From assembly GCF_902459465.1 (NCBI RefSeq), contig NC_047083.1, forward strand, positions 8,990,001 through 9,054,000: DNA of 64,000 nt, read 5' to 3'. Below the pieces are notes generated by a model, which did no database searches, had not been told where the DNA came from, and saw only the letters and a list, made by a program, of their open reading frames with translations. Shown here piece after piece: positions 16,001 through 27,645 of this stretch (positions within the stretch are counted from its first letter, which is position 1; the number at the start of each line of letters is the position of its first letter). This DNA is from Asterias rubens. Lineage: Eukaryota. A program made the position numbers and the translations under genes.

Positions 16001-17137
16001 AACAAGAATTGAGTTTGTTGTAATATTGGAACTAGAGGCTGTGGCTAAGGTTTGATCGTCACGTTCTGTGTTGAAGCATAGGAAGCCATTAGCAACAGTC
16101 TTAGCAACAGCCGTAGCCACAACATTGGCTTACCTGCAAGTCCCATACTCGCACCTCCCCGCCCAAACATCCCGATGCAAGGATTTCATTCGACGAAGGG
16201 TGAAAGGTCACACACCACGGACTCCTTGGGTGACCAGTCAACGTCTGAATGTGTTCGCCGGTAGACAACCGTGAAATGTTAATGCAATGGTCGACGTGAG
16301 AAGAGGCTACCAGCTTGTGGTCGGGACTAAACGAGACTAGGAAAGTACAGCGAGGTGTTCCTGGCAAGTTGCAAGCCTTTTTGGAAAGGAAACAATCAAA
16401 AAATGTTGTGAACAAAACATTCCAGATAAAATTAAAGTTAAAGATCACATTTCAATCACAAAAAAGGTGTGGTGAAAAAATACCTAATCTGAATCCCATT
16501 ATTTTAAATACCAGAATTCTCTCCCCAGCCAAATATTTCATTTTTACCTGAAAATGAGCAGTGTATACTCTGCTTTATTTTTAACAACGAGATTCGAGAC
16601 CCCTACCTGGAAGATTGTGTGGGTTTTCCCCATTTGGTGTGGGTATTCCTTCCACACCATGAATTGAAAGAAACTGAACATATTCTAGTGTCATTCATGA
16701 GTGTGTTTGTACAAAATACAATTACAAATACAAGTAAATGCATAAAATAATTGATAATAATAGTAAACAAATGAATAAATTATAAATAAAACAGCGCTAA
16801 AATGAAAATCCAACAAAGCAGAAAACAACCTCTATTAATTATTATTTAGTATTAAAACGAAATATACAACAGATTTCTCAATCTATGCTGAAAAGAGGAT
16901 GCAAAACTGAAACAAGTCAGTTATTATAAGATTAAACAGTGATTTCTTGCAGTTGCACTATGTTTGTGAAAATGTTATGATGGAAAAAACAACCCTCACT
17001 TTGTTGTCTGTCGAAGACGTTGCAGCGATCTCTTCCGCGAAATATGGAAGAGTATTTCTTCTAGCATGTATTCGACCTCGAAATCCGATCTCCCTGTTCT
17101 TGAGGCTGATGTAAACGTTCCTATGTTGCCGCACCAT
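7009..17137 (-). CDS. AMBRA1: AMBRA1 (split-WD40 DCAF, activating molecule in BECN1-regulated autophagy), 12 coding exons, 1451 aa
   Basis: Exons (minus) 17000-17137, 16134-16376, 15455-15627, 14630-14716, 11548-14090, 11154-11340, 10498-10607, 10003-10113, 9341-9526, 8648-8745, 7955-8154, 7009-7288; total 4356 nt, all phases consistent. Motifs match human AMBRA1: [15 protein letters not shown]...[13 protein letters not shown]...[14 protein letters not shown]; [10 protein letters not shown]; [12 protein letters not shown]; [11 protein letters not shown]; [26 protein letters not shown]; two TQT motifs. The 2.5-kb exon encodes the disordered insert. Confidence 0.96.
7320..7482 (+). mobile_element. 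tRNA-derived SINE (head and core)
   Basis: A box TGGCCGAGGGGTTAAG, B box GGTTCGAGTCC, core gacacttgtatccttgagccagacac...cacgcaggggtataaatttgtacctgcaaggg. Other pieces at 8222-8370, 33960-34014, 35350-35590, 41715-41757 (-), 19660-19700 (-), 58350-58530 and 62635-62821 (-). Confidence 0.8.
9577..9942. mobile_element. Kolobok-like MITE family A in an AMBRA1 intron
   Basis: ttaa|agggcactggacactattggtaatt ... aattaacaaagtaaccggtgcct|ttaa. Confidence 0.75.
15045..15320 (-). mobile_element. Second SINE/retro-element family with a (TTA)n tail
   Basis: (AAT)n run on the + strand followed by aagggtttacaaggtgct...ccaggaacaccggggcgaaccccttctc; similar text at about 32040-32240 and 41390-41460. Confidence 0.6.
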
Positions 17138-18661
17138 CTTTGCTCTTTTGGTTCTTCCCAAATAGCTCAAAAATAGAGATATTTCAGTTACATTTGGGAG
17201 CGGATATGGAACGACTTTCCGGGGGCAGCTGCTGCTTTGACTACTTTTTGGGGACCATTATCATTTTGTATACCGCCCTCATGCGTTCTGTATATATAAG
17301 GGGCAAAGAAATATTTTTTGATACAAAAATAATGGTTGAGCGCGCCCTCACGTGGTCAAGATTACGGCGCATTAAAGTTTTGTCTATAAAGTTTTCCGCA
17401 AAATAAATATATATAATAGCAATCTCTTTTCAGGTCTTTATGCAGAAATCTTATTGTATTACTTTGTTCTTTACTATTACAGTTTAACTTTTAAAAGAAT
17501 TTTTGATTTTTTCATAGCATTTTTTTAATCCACCCGACGAGCGCGGGGGTTGGGTGGAGCTATCTCTTCCCACGCCCCTCTCTCTAAAAAACCCCGAAAC
17601 GAAACAAAAACAACAAACAAGAAAATTAGCCGTTAAAATGTGTGCCCCTTGTATCAGAAAATCTTGGACCCCCTGTAAACAAATAATTATTCATATTAAT
17701 TTTGACATTAATTTTGCATTGATTTAAATCAATCATGCATTGCTTGTTTGTATGAAAATGAAATGACCCAAAACGTGAGCAGACGATAACTTCCTTCTAA
17801 CACTAAAACGGGCATTTCAACCAAGTGAAGTGGTCTATACAGTAAATGAAAAAAACGTTGACTCCAACTACACAATATAAAATAAAATGATAACGCGCTT
17901 GCGTATCCCAAAACTTTTTTGCCTGTGAACTAGAATGTTGTTGATGGGGGCGCGCGTTGTGTGTAAAAAGAAGTTAGTTAAGTCATTGTTAGCTAGTTGT
18001 GTCTGTTTGGGCAAGTACGTTTCCGGACGACTTCTGAACTTTGTTTGCTGTTTTGAAAGAAAAAACTGTAAGTTGACATTGAAATGTATTACTCTCTAAA
18101 ACGCACCTCCGACAATCTTCAACAAAAATGATTTTCATGTATTTAGGGATGGCTGTAGTGTAGGCTCATCCATCAAACAGACTAATTATAAATTAATAAT
18201 AAGTTTAGACTTAGTTTTAGAGTGACCGATTTTATTTTTAGTTTGTCCCTTTTTCCACGTAACATTTTCCAGTTTGACACTGACAGGACACTGCACTGAC
18301 AATGACACTGACACCTGCCATATCATGACTGCTGACCTGCTGACAGTGACATGCTGTACATATTATAATTTCTGTTTGTTGAACTGCATTTCAACTTAAA
18401 ATATTGCCATTTTTTATTTGTTATTAAAATATTTGAGAATAAAAAATGGGGCTCATCTAGGTTCAGGCTGTTGAGCTTGATGGTAGAACTACGGGTTTCA
18501 ATATTCATACTTTATGAACTTTTTTTCCACTTGTTACAGGACATACTCTTCTCGATTTCAAACAAGCTTAGCTTTTGACAATCCAGCTGAAGTTTTTAAA
18601 TAGCTTAACTTTTGACAACCCAGTTGAAGTTTTGGCCAAACCGATTGCAGTTGTGTTCAAG
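17138..18661. promoter_or_regulatory. Divergent AMBRA1/PRDM9 promoter region
   Basis: The two start codons diverge 1.5 kb apart. CACGTG near 17349, a GC-rich box near 17530-17580, ETS-like TTCCGG near 18021 and a probable 5'UTR donor ACT|GTAAGT near 18067. Confidence 0.55.
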
Positions 18662-21600
18662 ATGGCCAGGCCAAAGAGACCAGATGATGGCATTGAACAG
18701 TTCTTCTCTGCCACTGAATTTCAAGAAATGTCCGACTATGAAAAGCTGAGGCTGAGAAATATGAAAGCCAACTATGAAATGATGGTTGAAATTGGTAAGC
18801 AGCATTGTTAATTAAAGGACAAATGATTAAAATTAAGGGTTAGGGCACAAATTTGGGTTGAAGCAAAACAAAACATTATTTCCAGCTAGATGAACAAAAT
18901 TATCTTTCAGCCACTAGCACTTACTTGGTTATTTTATTTATTCATTTTTTTGTGGGGTCTTATGCCATCATGATGTGCATAGAATCACCATAAAATAGGA
19001 TTGTCAGGAAACAGTTATATTCAACACTTTACTGACCTCAACATACTTTAGATCATGTACTAAGGTGAACATTATTTCTTGAAGGTCTTTGAAAATACAC
19101 TGTTGGTGGTTTAAGGTTTAATGGTTTATTTAAAGTCAACTGGAAGTGGTATTTTTTCAAAATAAAGCTTTTGTCACTTATGTGTTTTGATGAGTGGAAT
19201 GTGAATAAAACTGTTTGGGGGGCTGACTCCGCCTACCCCTTTTTTTGACGTCAATCGAGCAGACTTTGCCTGCAATGCGTATAGTAAACACACGTGCAAA
19301 GTACATGTACGGACCAAGTCGTGAGTTTGTACGTTTCAAAAAAGAAAAATTTTTCTTGTCCGGCAATGCCGACCAGGTGTATTGCTGCTGAATGCAGAAA
19401 AACACTTTTTGAAATGTACCAACTCACGCCTTGGACGTACATGTACTTTGCACGTGTGTTTACTATACGCATTGCAGGCAAAGTCTGCTCGATTGACGTC
19501 AAAAAAAGGGGTAGGCGGAGTCAGCCCCCCAAACAGTTTTATATATTTTTTAACATACAAATCGTGACAAACAATTACTAAACAAGTTGTTTTATTGTTC
19601 GTAAGCATATACTCTTATGTTTGAAAGAAAAATAATTCTATTTCCAGGTGACTTTAACCACCAGAACTTGAATTTGATGCTCTTAACCACTCGGCCACAA
19701 TACTCTACATTCTGAGTTTACAATTTTAAAAGACATTCAATTCACACAAACAAAAGATAATCAAACTTTAGGGTGTGCACGTATTTGTCATTGATGGAAA
19801 ACTTAATGCAAAACAAAATTCTCAAATTATAGTTAATCAGATTTTGTTATAGAAAAGGAGAAGACATCAGCATAGCAAACAGGTTTATTATTTAATTATC
19901 ATATTCCTTGTTTCTATTTCAGGTTTGACAATACCCAAACCAGAGTTTATGAATGGTCCATTTCGTAAGAGAAAACCTAAGTTTGTAGAGAGTGACAATG
20001 ATGATGAAGAGTGGAAACCTGGGTCATCTGCGGATAAAACAAACAGAAAAACAGGTCGGTTAATTGTTATATAATAATGACGTCTTCTATAGCGCCGGTA
20101 TCCACAAAAAAGTGCTCATGGTGCTTAGGCTATATGACAGAGAAAGTGGGCCAGTGCTTTCACTAAAAAAACTGTTGGTTCACATAATCTAAATTAGTAT
20201 ATTTTTCAACCTTTTGCTTTGCCTATTGTTGAGTGCCATGTGCTACTGCGTGGCAGGAGTGTGCGGTAAGAATCCACTAAATAAGTTGGTATTATTAGTT
20301 ACAGTAATCTTGGATTCATGTTATAAGGGTAGTGGAAGGCTGCTTGGGAAGTAAGGGACTTCAAAAACTGAGATTGGGCTTTGTGGTCTAAGCAAACAAA
20401 AATAAGAAAACCTATACCCATTTAACTGGCCTTACTTTTGCTGCTGAATGTACAACATTGAAAGTTTCTTGTGCAAAGTTTAACAAGGAGTAGATGTTCA
20501 CACGGATACTTTGTGAAGTTTGTGGTACTATTTTGACAAATGAGATGGTAAAACTCACTGATGTTTTTAACACTTCAATACTACACTTTTTCATACAACT
20601 ACTTTTAAATGAGATAAACACGGTTGAAAACCGGCCTGAGATTTCATTAAAACCCTATGGGTTCACACTTTAATCCAATTTAGTATATTATTTTTTTAGC
20701 TTTTTTTGCTTAGGCTTTTGTTGAATGCAATGTGACACTCTGTGGCAGAATTGTACGCTATAAGAAACCAATCACTTGAATTGATTTCTTTATGGTCTTT
20801 TCTCTAACTGTCTTGAAACATTTAGTTGCGGGATGAAACAATTTAAAATTTTATCTGCGTTTAGACATGTTTTCATCTGCCTGGTAAAAAAGGGGAGCTG
20901 TATTTTCTTCAAATATTCAACACAGTTACCATTCTTTCTTCTCCATGTAAATTTTTTTATCTATTAAACCTCTGAATAAGTTTGGCTTTTCATTCTTTGC
21001 TGCAGTTTATAAGAGAAAAAAGACATTCACAGTTCCACTTAAAGGTACCCAACAACAGTCCACTTCAGTGAACTTGATGGCAAAGGTAAATTCTAAATTA
21101 TTTCTTAAAGAAATTAGTAAAACAGATAAAAGTAATTATTGAATCAATGATGAGCAATGAGCATAACTTGTTTGTACAATTGGCAAAACACGAGAAAGTG
21201 AAGTTAAAAGAAGTTACCATAATATTGTAAATTTGCTTTCCACTTATCTCCCAAAACTCATGGGGGCGACAAATATAATCAGTTTTGTTTCATTGGAAAT
21301 ACTGAGGCTCACCAGTTTTTATTTTAATATTCAATTATTTTTTAAAATGCAGCAAGTAAAAAATAAACGCAGTCAAAGTTCAACCATTTAATAAAACTAT
21401 GCGCAAATTTTTCTGATTTTTTTACTCTAGGAAAAGTCAGACTTTTAGTATTAATAAGTCCTGAAAATATTTTACATACAGCCTATGTGTACATGTATGT
21501 CAGAGCTGTACTGGAAAAAAAAACTGTTCCTACTTTTTTTCTTGGACTAAATATCATGCCTGTTATTTGACGGTATTGAATTTTTTCCCCGTCTACTACC

Positions 21601-24600
21601 ATTTTGCAGGAAGTATCTAAGTTAAGTTATATAAGGCCTGAATGATATGCATCTTGTATTTTTGTTTGAGAAGAAAAGAACAAAGTGTCAGGAAATTTCA
21701 ATTGTAATTTTAATAAACATTTGTAAAATTATTTCTTCCTTGTCTAGACTTCCTCATCAAGTCACACCTCACCACCAGAGCAGCCAGAGCAGGAGGCAAA
21801 ACAACGAGAAGGTGAAGATAACTTTGATTTCCTTGGCCGTGTCACAATCAGTGACTCTGGAAAACTCATCCCATGTGGAACTCAAAATCCGGAACCTCCA
21901 AAAAGACAACCAGCTAAAAGAAAAAGAGGTACTCCCATAATTAGAAATATTTCTTTACATGCCATGAGTCAAAATTGTTTAATTTATTACTGTTTATTCT
22001 TGGTAAATTACTGTTTATTCCAAGGTGCTCGGCAAGAAAAAAAAACCTGACATGAATATAAAAATTGACAAACATAAACAATTTTTGTTTTATATTCAGG
22101 AATGCACTTTTCAGCCAATGTTTTGTTTAGTGTAATGCCAAAGAAATCTAAAACAAAAACTAAAAAAGTTGAACCTGTTCCTTTTTACTGTTATTACAAA
22201 GTTAATAAATAGAAAGTTAATTACAAAGTTAGTTACAAAGTTAATACAAAACTGCTAAAAACAACCCCCTAAAAAAACTAATTATTTTAGCATCACAAAC
22301 AAAAAAGAAAGAAAAGAGAAATCTGAGCCGGCCAGATATTGTAGAATAAGTCAGCTTAACTTAGGGCTTGCCACAAATTTGAGTTTAGAATATAGTTCTT
22401 TAAAAAATATAGCCATTGGTACAAATTAGTGTTAGCAAAACTATAATGGTTCCACAGTTATTAAATAAAAACAATATAATATTGTCAATAAGAACTGAAT
22501 CCCCCGAAAAAAATTCAGAAAGTTTTTCATTTGTTTTTAAATTTCGTAGATCAGTCTAACCTTTTTGTGTAACAGTTGCCCAAATGAGGAGACTAATAGT
22601 ACAAAATGTAAAATATTTATACAAGTTGCAGTCTTGAAAAAAAAAGGTTGGTCTAAAAATGTTTCTCCCATTTTCCACATCTTCAGTTGTTGACACGTCA
22701 CAGAGAAAAGAGCAACGTTATCCACGGCGTGCAGCAGCCAAGAAATGCTACAAGGACTTGGATGGACCTAACGATGACAGTTTTGTGTGTATGTAAAAAA
22801 GTGCTTATGTTAAAGCTTGAGGTTTACTGTTGTAAAACTTTCTAATAAAAGTTCCAGAGAAACCAGGGGTGAAAACTTACTATCAATTTGGATAGTAAAA
22901 AATAATATGGGATCATCACAAAATATGATTGATCATCTTTCTGGAATGTTCTTATTCTTTCATAAAAAAATTGTTTAAAAGTCATATATGACTTTTAAAA
23001 CTTTTGTTTATTTAGTATCTACTTAAAAAGATATGCTGTTTATATGGGGTTGGTTATTAAGACATTTTGCAATAGAATATAAAAAGAATATACAACGTGT
23101 ATATATATGAGTTTAATTATATCTTCTTTTGGAAAACAGATTGTGAAGACTGCCATGAGCTTTTTGAGAATAGCTGTCCTCAACACCCTCTGACCGTCAT
23201 CGAAAACACCCCAGTCACAAAAGGATGTAGAGATCATGCTAAGCGTAGTCTTCCAGATGGACTTATCGTCAAGGAAGCTGGTATCAAGAATGCTGGCCTA
23301 GGTGTTTGGGCTGAGAAGGCTTTCCCCAAAGGAGTGAGGTTTGGACATTATGGAGGTGAAATTGTTGGGGAAGAGGAAGGCAGAGAAAGTGGCTATGCTT
23401 GGGAGGTAAGTGGGTACCTAGCCTGTGAGGGCAGAGATGGTTCTTGTGATTGATTTATTAAACCGAGTAGTGCATTTGTAGTGTATCAGGGAGCTGAGAT
23501 GGTTTAAGGAATGATTTAAGGCCCAGGGAACAGGGGTAATAGTAAATATAATAGATATTACATATATGGGGTATAAATGTTGGAAGTGCTTCAACAGGGG
23601 TGAAAAGTGCGATATGAAAACTGGCGATTATTATTATTTGGACTTTGAAAAACTGAGATTGGCTTTCTTTCCTACTCCAAGTTTACCAATGGAATATGTC
23701 CACAGCAATTCTTTGTAGTACTTTGACGTAGTGACTCGAATTAACCTGATGTTTTTAATACTAATGCTCTGCTTTTCCAGACAACTAATTTTAAAAGGTG
23801 TTAATAAAAACAGCAGACAACAAATAAAATCATCTGCATAAACTTGGAGAGTTCAATAATAATTTTTAAATTTGTTGTTGTTGCATAACCAACCTTTGTT
23901 TCATATCACAACAGATCTTTGATCACAATGGCAAAAGCCATTACATTGACGGCAAGAACCCCAGCAAAGGCAATTGGATGCGATACGTGAACTGTGCATG
24001 CAATGAGGCAGAACAGAACCTTGTTGCCTACCAGTACTGTGGTCAGATCTACTATAGGAGTTTTAAGACGATCTCACCAGGTCAGGAGCTACTAGTTTTC
24101 TATGGTGAAGAATACGCTTCTGAGCTTGGGATTGTGATGACAGAAAATGATGGCAAACAATGTGCCAAAAGTAAGTTTAAATTCCCCTCAATGTGAACCC
24201 AAAACAACTTTTTGTACTAAAAAAAATGTTGTTTTATAAAGTTGCAGGAACTTCTTCAATAAATGTTATTGGCATTTTGAAGGAACCACCTGAATGTGGC
24301 AAACCTCAGTTGACTTGCATAATGTAATTATTATGGCTGTAAAATAAAAAAAATTAAGTTGCTTGAAAAATAGGAGGTGATCTTGTTAGCAAACTGCCAG
24401 AATTCTCTTTGATTTTTAACATCTAAAAAGAAAGCTAAAAAACTTACAAGTTTTACTTTTATTCGGGCTTGAATAATCTTAATGGTTTATAAATAATTTA
24501 CTTGAGACAAAAAGGTGTACATTGGTGAATGATTGGAAGGTTTCCCCTTGCTCAGTTTGCTTTCAATGTTTCCTAAAACTCTCTGTATAGTGCACTAATT

Positions 24601-26046
24601 GCAATACATTTATTCCAAAAAGGGAATCATGTGAAATCATATCCAAGAGTTCTACACCTTAAAAAAAGATGTAGAAGACAAGAAGGGGGGGGGGAATAAA
24701 AAATTAATACAATTTTTAATTTAAAAGATGTTAAATGATTATTACTTTAACCCGTTTTCTTTTATACAGATGACCTGCACCCATGTACTCGATGTGACAA
24801 GATCTACACAGATTTTAAGTATCTAGCCGGGCACATGAAGTACTCCCATGGATCATCTACTGAGTGGTACGACTACTTGAAATCAACAAAACACTCTTTC
24901 AACATCACAGCATGTAATCGCAAAGTTGCTTCTCAAGTACAGAGTTCATTCAGAAACATGAAAGTACCCTTTGGCTGTAACACAAATACAAAATTCATGA
25001 AAATAAGCTCAAATGTAACTGAATTGCAACAGTTTGCTTGCAGTCAGTGTAGCACAAAGTTCAACTCAATAAATGACTTGGAAGCTCATGGATTAACGCA
25101 CATCAACGAAGATGGTGAGAAAAGGGCAAGTAGGAATTTAAGAAAGGGACGATGTAAATCATCACAACAAATCGGGAATGTTGACCTCAGAAGGGAACAA
25201 GGAAAGGGCAATTCTAAACTACCTACCGAAATAGATGATGGTGTTTCAAGGAATGCCTCCAACAATTACAAAAGCATAACAAATAATTCAAATGTTTTGA
25301 AAAAAGATACAAAAGCAAAACAAAGCTCTAAAAACAATTTCATATGTGACAATGAATTTGCACTTAGTACCAATGAAGTATGTGAACAAAATACATGGAG
25401 TGGTAACTTTAAAACACATCAAAGAACTCACACAGGAGAGAAACCATTCGCTTGTAACCAGTGTGAGTCAAGATTTGCCCAAAGGTGTGACTTGAAAAAA
25501 CATCAAAGAACTCACACAGGAGAGAAACCATTCGCTTGTAACCAGTGTGAGTACAGATGTACAAAGAAGGGTAACTTGAAAACACATCAAAGAACTCACA
25601 CAGGAGAGAAACCATTCGCTTGTAACCAGTGTGAGTACAGATGTGCACGGAGGCATCACTTGGAAACACATCAAAGAACTCACACAGGAGAGAAACCATT
25701 CGCTTGTAACCAGTGTGAGTCAAGATTTGCCCAAAGGTGTGACTTGAAAAAACATCAAAGAACTCACACAGGAGAGAAACCATTCGCTTGTAACCAGTGT
25801 GAGTACAGATGTACACAGAGGGATCACTTGAAAATGCATCAAAGAACTCACACAGGAGAGAAACCATTCGCTTGTAACCAGTGTGAGTACAGATGTGCAC
25901 GGAGGCATCACTTGAAAACACATCAAAGAACTCACACAGGAGAGAAACCATTCGCTTGTAACCAGTGTGAGTATAGATGTACAGAGAAGGGTAACTTGAA
26001 AACACATAAAAGAACTCATCACACAGGAGAGAAACCATTCATCTGA
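18662..26046 (+). CDS. PRDM9: PRDM9 (Meisetz) histone-lysine methyltransferase: ancestral KRAB, SSXRD, zinc knuckle, PR/SET, post-SET finger and C2H2 array; 8 coding exons, 808 aa
   Basis: Exons 18662-18794, 19923-20054, 21006-21085, 21748-21928, 22687-22788, 23140-23405, 23915-24170, 24770-26046; total 2427 nt in phase. [44 protein letters not shown] (human [40 protein letters not shown]). [31 protein letters not shown]. Knuckle [25 protein letters not shown]...RFGHYGG...NWMRYVNCA...[15 protein letters not shown]...[10 protein letters not shown]. Post-[13 protein letters not shown]...HMKYSH. Confidence 0.93.
19134..19653. mobile_element. TTAA-flanked Kolobok-like non-autonomous transposon in PRDM9 intron 1
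   Basis: ttaa|AGTCAACTGGAA ... TTCCAGGTGACT|ttaa (11/12 TIR match); long internal inverted repeat (about 19205-19340 vs 19410-19541) around a spacer. Confidence 0.85.
25429..26016 (+). repeat. Coding minisatellite: 7 x 84-bp C2H2 zinc-finger units of PRDM9
   Basis: Units start at 25429, 25513, 25597, 25681, 25765, 25849 and 25933 with near-identical cacacaggagagaaaccattcgcttgtaaccagtgtgag. Helices: [49 protein letters not shown]. Confidence 0.97.
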
Positions 26047-27119
26047 AATAAACGTGCAATGAGCAAGTACATCAGTAAAAGTACAATTATTGTTACATGT
26101 ATAAGGATTATTTTTGTTATTATAAAAAAAGTATAAATGTATTTTCTATCTATTTTTAAGGAAGTGTTTTTATAACTGATTTTTTTTCCCGGTAAAGACA
26201 GTTGGGTTGCAGTTAAATTGTTTTCCCTGAAATTTAATAACTATGCCTATTTAAAATCAATGAACTGATGGGACTGACTAAACAACAAAGCAAATTTAAT
26301 TGCTTTTATACATTTTTTAGAGGGTTTGGGGTACACAAAGAATTTATAAAAAAAAATTAAAAACAAAAAATTTACAAAAAAGTGTTTACCAATTTGAATT
26401 CAACTTGCAATTCACTTCAATGTATTATAAACATCACATTTAAAACATGAACAATGCCTCCCAGTGTGCATCAATGATCAATACACATTTTTTTTAAATA
26501 TTCACTCCAAATCGCTCCAAGTGTACAAAACAGTGTTCATTTTATCCTGTTGTCTAGTATTTATTGTTTCTCCTTCGTATTGTTGGATGGAGATGTGTAA
26601 TTTACAAAAATTGAAAATATATTGGTTTTGAATGTTTCAATGTTAACCTAAATAAAAACATTGTCCCTTGTTCATGTTGAAAACATATCCCACACTTTTT
26701 TAAATCATAAATTTTAAATTTATTTTCATCCTTCAATCTTATTGTCCCTACCAAACATAATTACTCTAAAAACGGTGAGAAAAAAGACTACACCCAATGA
26801 CCTTTAACCTGCTTGATCTGGTGTCCACTGTACTCGTGTGGCATTTAATGCATCAGTTAGCCTGTCCACAGACTATTCTCATTCAGTCAGGATCACAGCG
26901 TACTGAACAATATTGTTACATATTGACTGCCATAAATCGCCTGTGAACTTCTTTTTCCTTACACAATTACACAAGAGAAGACCACCTCAATTGGAGATGA
27001 AACTTTGCCCGATTTGGTAATTATGTTTTAACAATGTATGTTGAGGAAATTATGTTTTTGTCCGAGTTCCGTAAAAAATAAAGATTTTAGTAAATGTAAA
27101 ATTACTAATTTTACATTCA

Positions 27120-27645
27120 ATAACATGGCGACGTCTGATGAATGGGTTGTATTTCTTTTTATTTTAGTTTCTAACTAAAAACACTTTTATGAAAAGTATA
27201 TGTCGTTCAGTTTTGATTGTTTAATAATCTTTAATAATATTATTGGGTAATCTTCCGGTCGTCGCCACCAATTTATCCGCCGTTAATTAACTCCAAAACC
27301 ACTGAATTTTTTTCTTACCTTAGAAGAAGGGTTAACGCATATATACATCCAGAAAAAAAAGAGAGAAAAAAAACGTAACAGTTTGTAAACAAAGGTCAAA
27401 ATTGGGCCGTTTTCGACTCCCAGTGACATCGAACTCCGCCATGTTTATGTTGTTTGTGTGTGTGAGTGTTGTTGTTCAACGCTCCAATCAGTCGGTCAGC
27501 GTCCATGCGCAATGGAAAAAATCGCTAGGACTGATTCATTTCCGAAATGGGTACACTGAAATTATTTTGGGAAGGGAGGAGGGGAGGGAGGGAGGACGGA
27601 GGGAAATTCGAACAAACCACAAAATAACCACGTGCGTTTATGAAG
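27120..27645 (+). promoter_or_regulatory. ATG13 promoter and probable non-coding first exon
   Basis: YY1-like AACATGGCG (27122) and CGCCATGTT (about 27437), ETS CTTCCGG (about 27251), E-box CACGTG 27629-27634 and donor GAAG|GTAATG at 27645/27646. Confidence 0.5.

Noticed and set aside
25409-26038. Minus-strand ORFs of 209, 100 and 71 aa with repetitive Cys/His-rich text
   Set aside because: Antisense shadows of the 84-bp zinc-finger repeat.
26780-26940. Possible C/D box snoRNA
   Set aside because: No canonical RTGATGA C box paired with CTGA and a terminal stem could be assembled.
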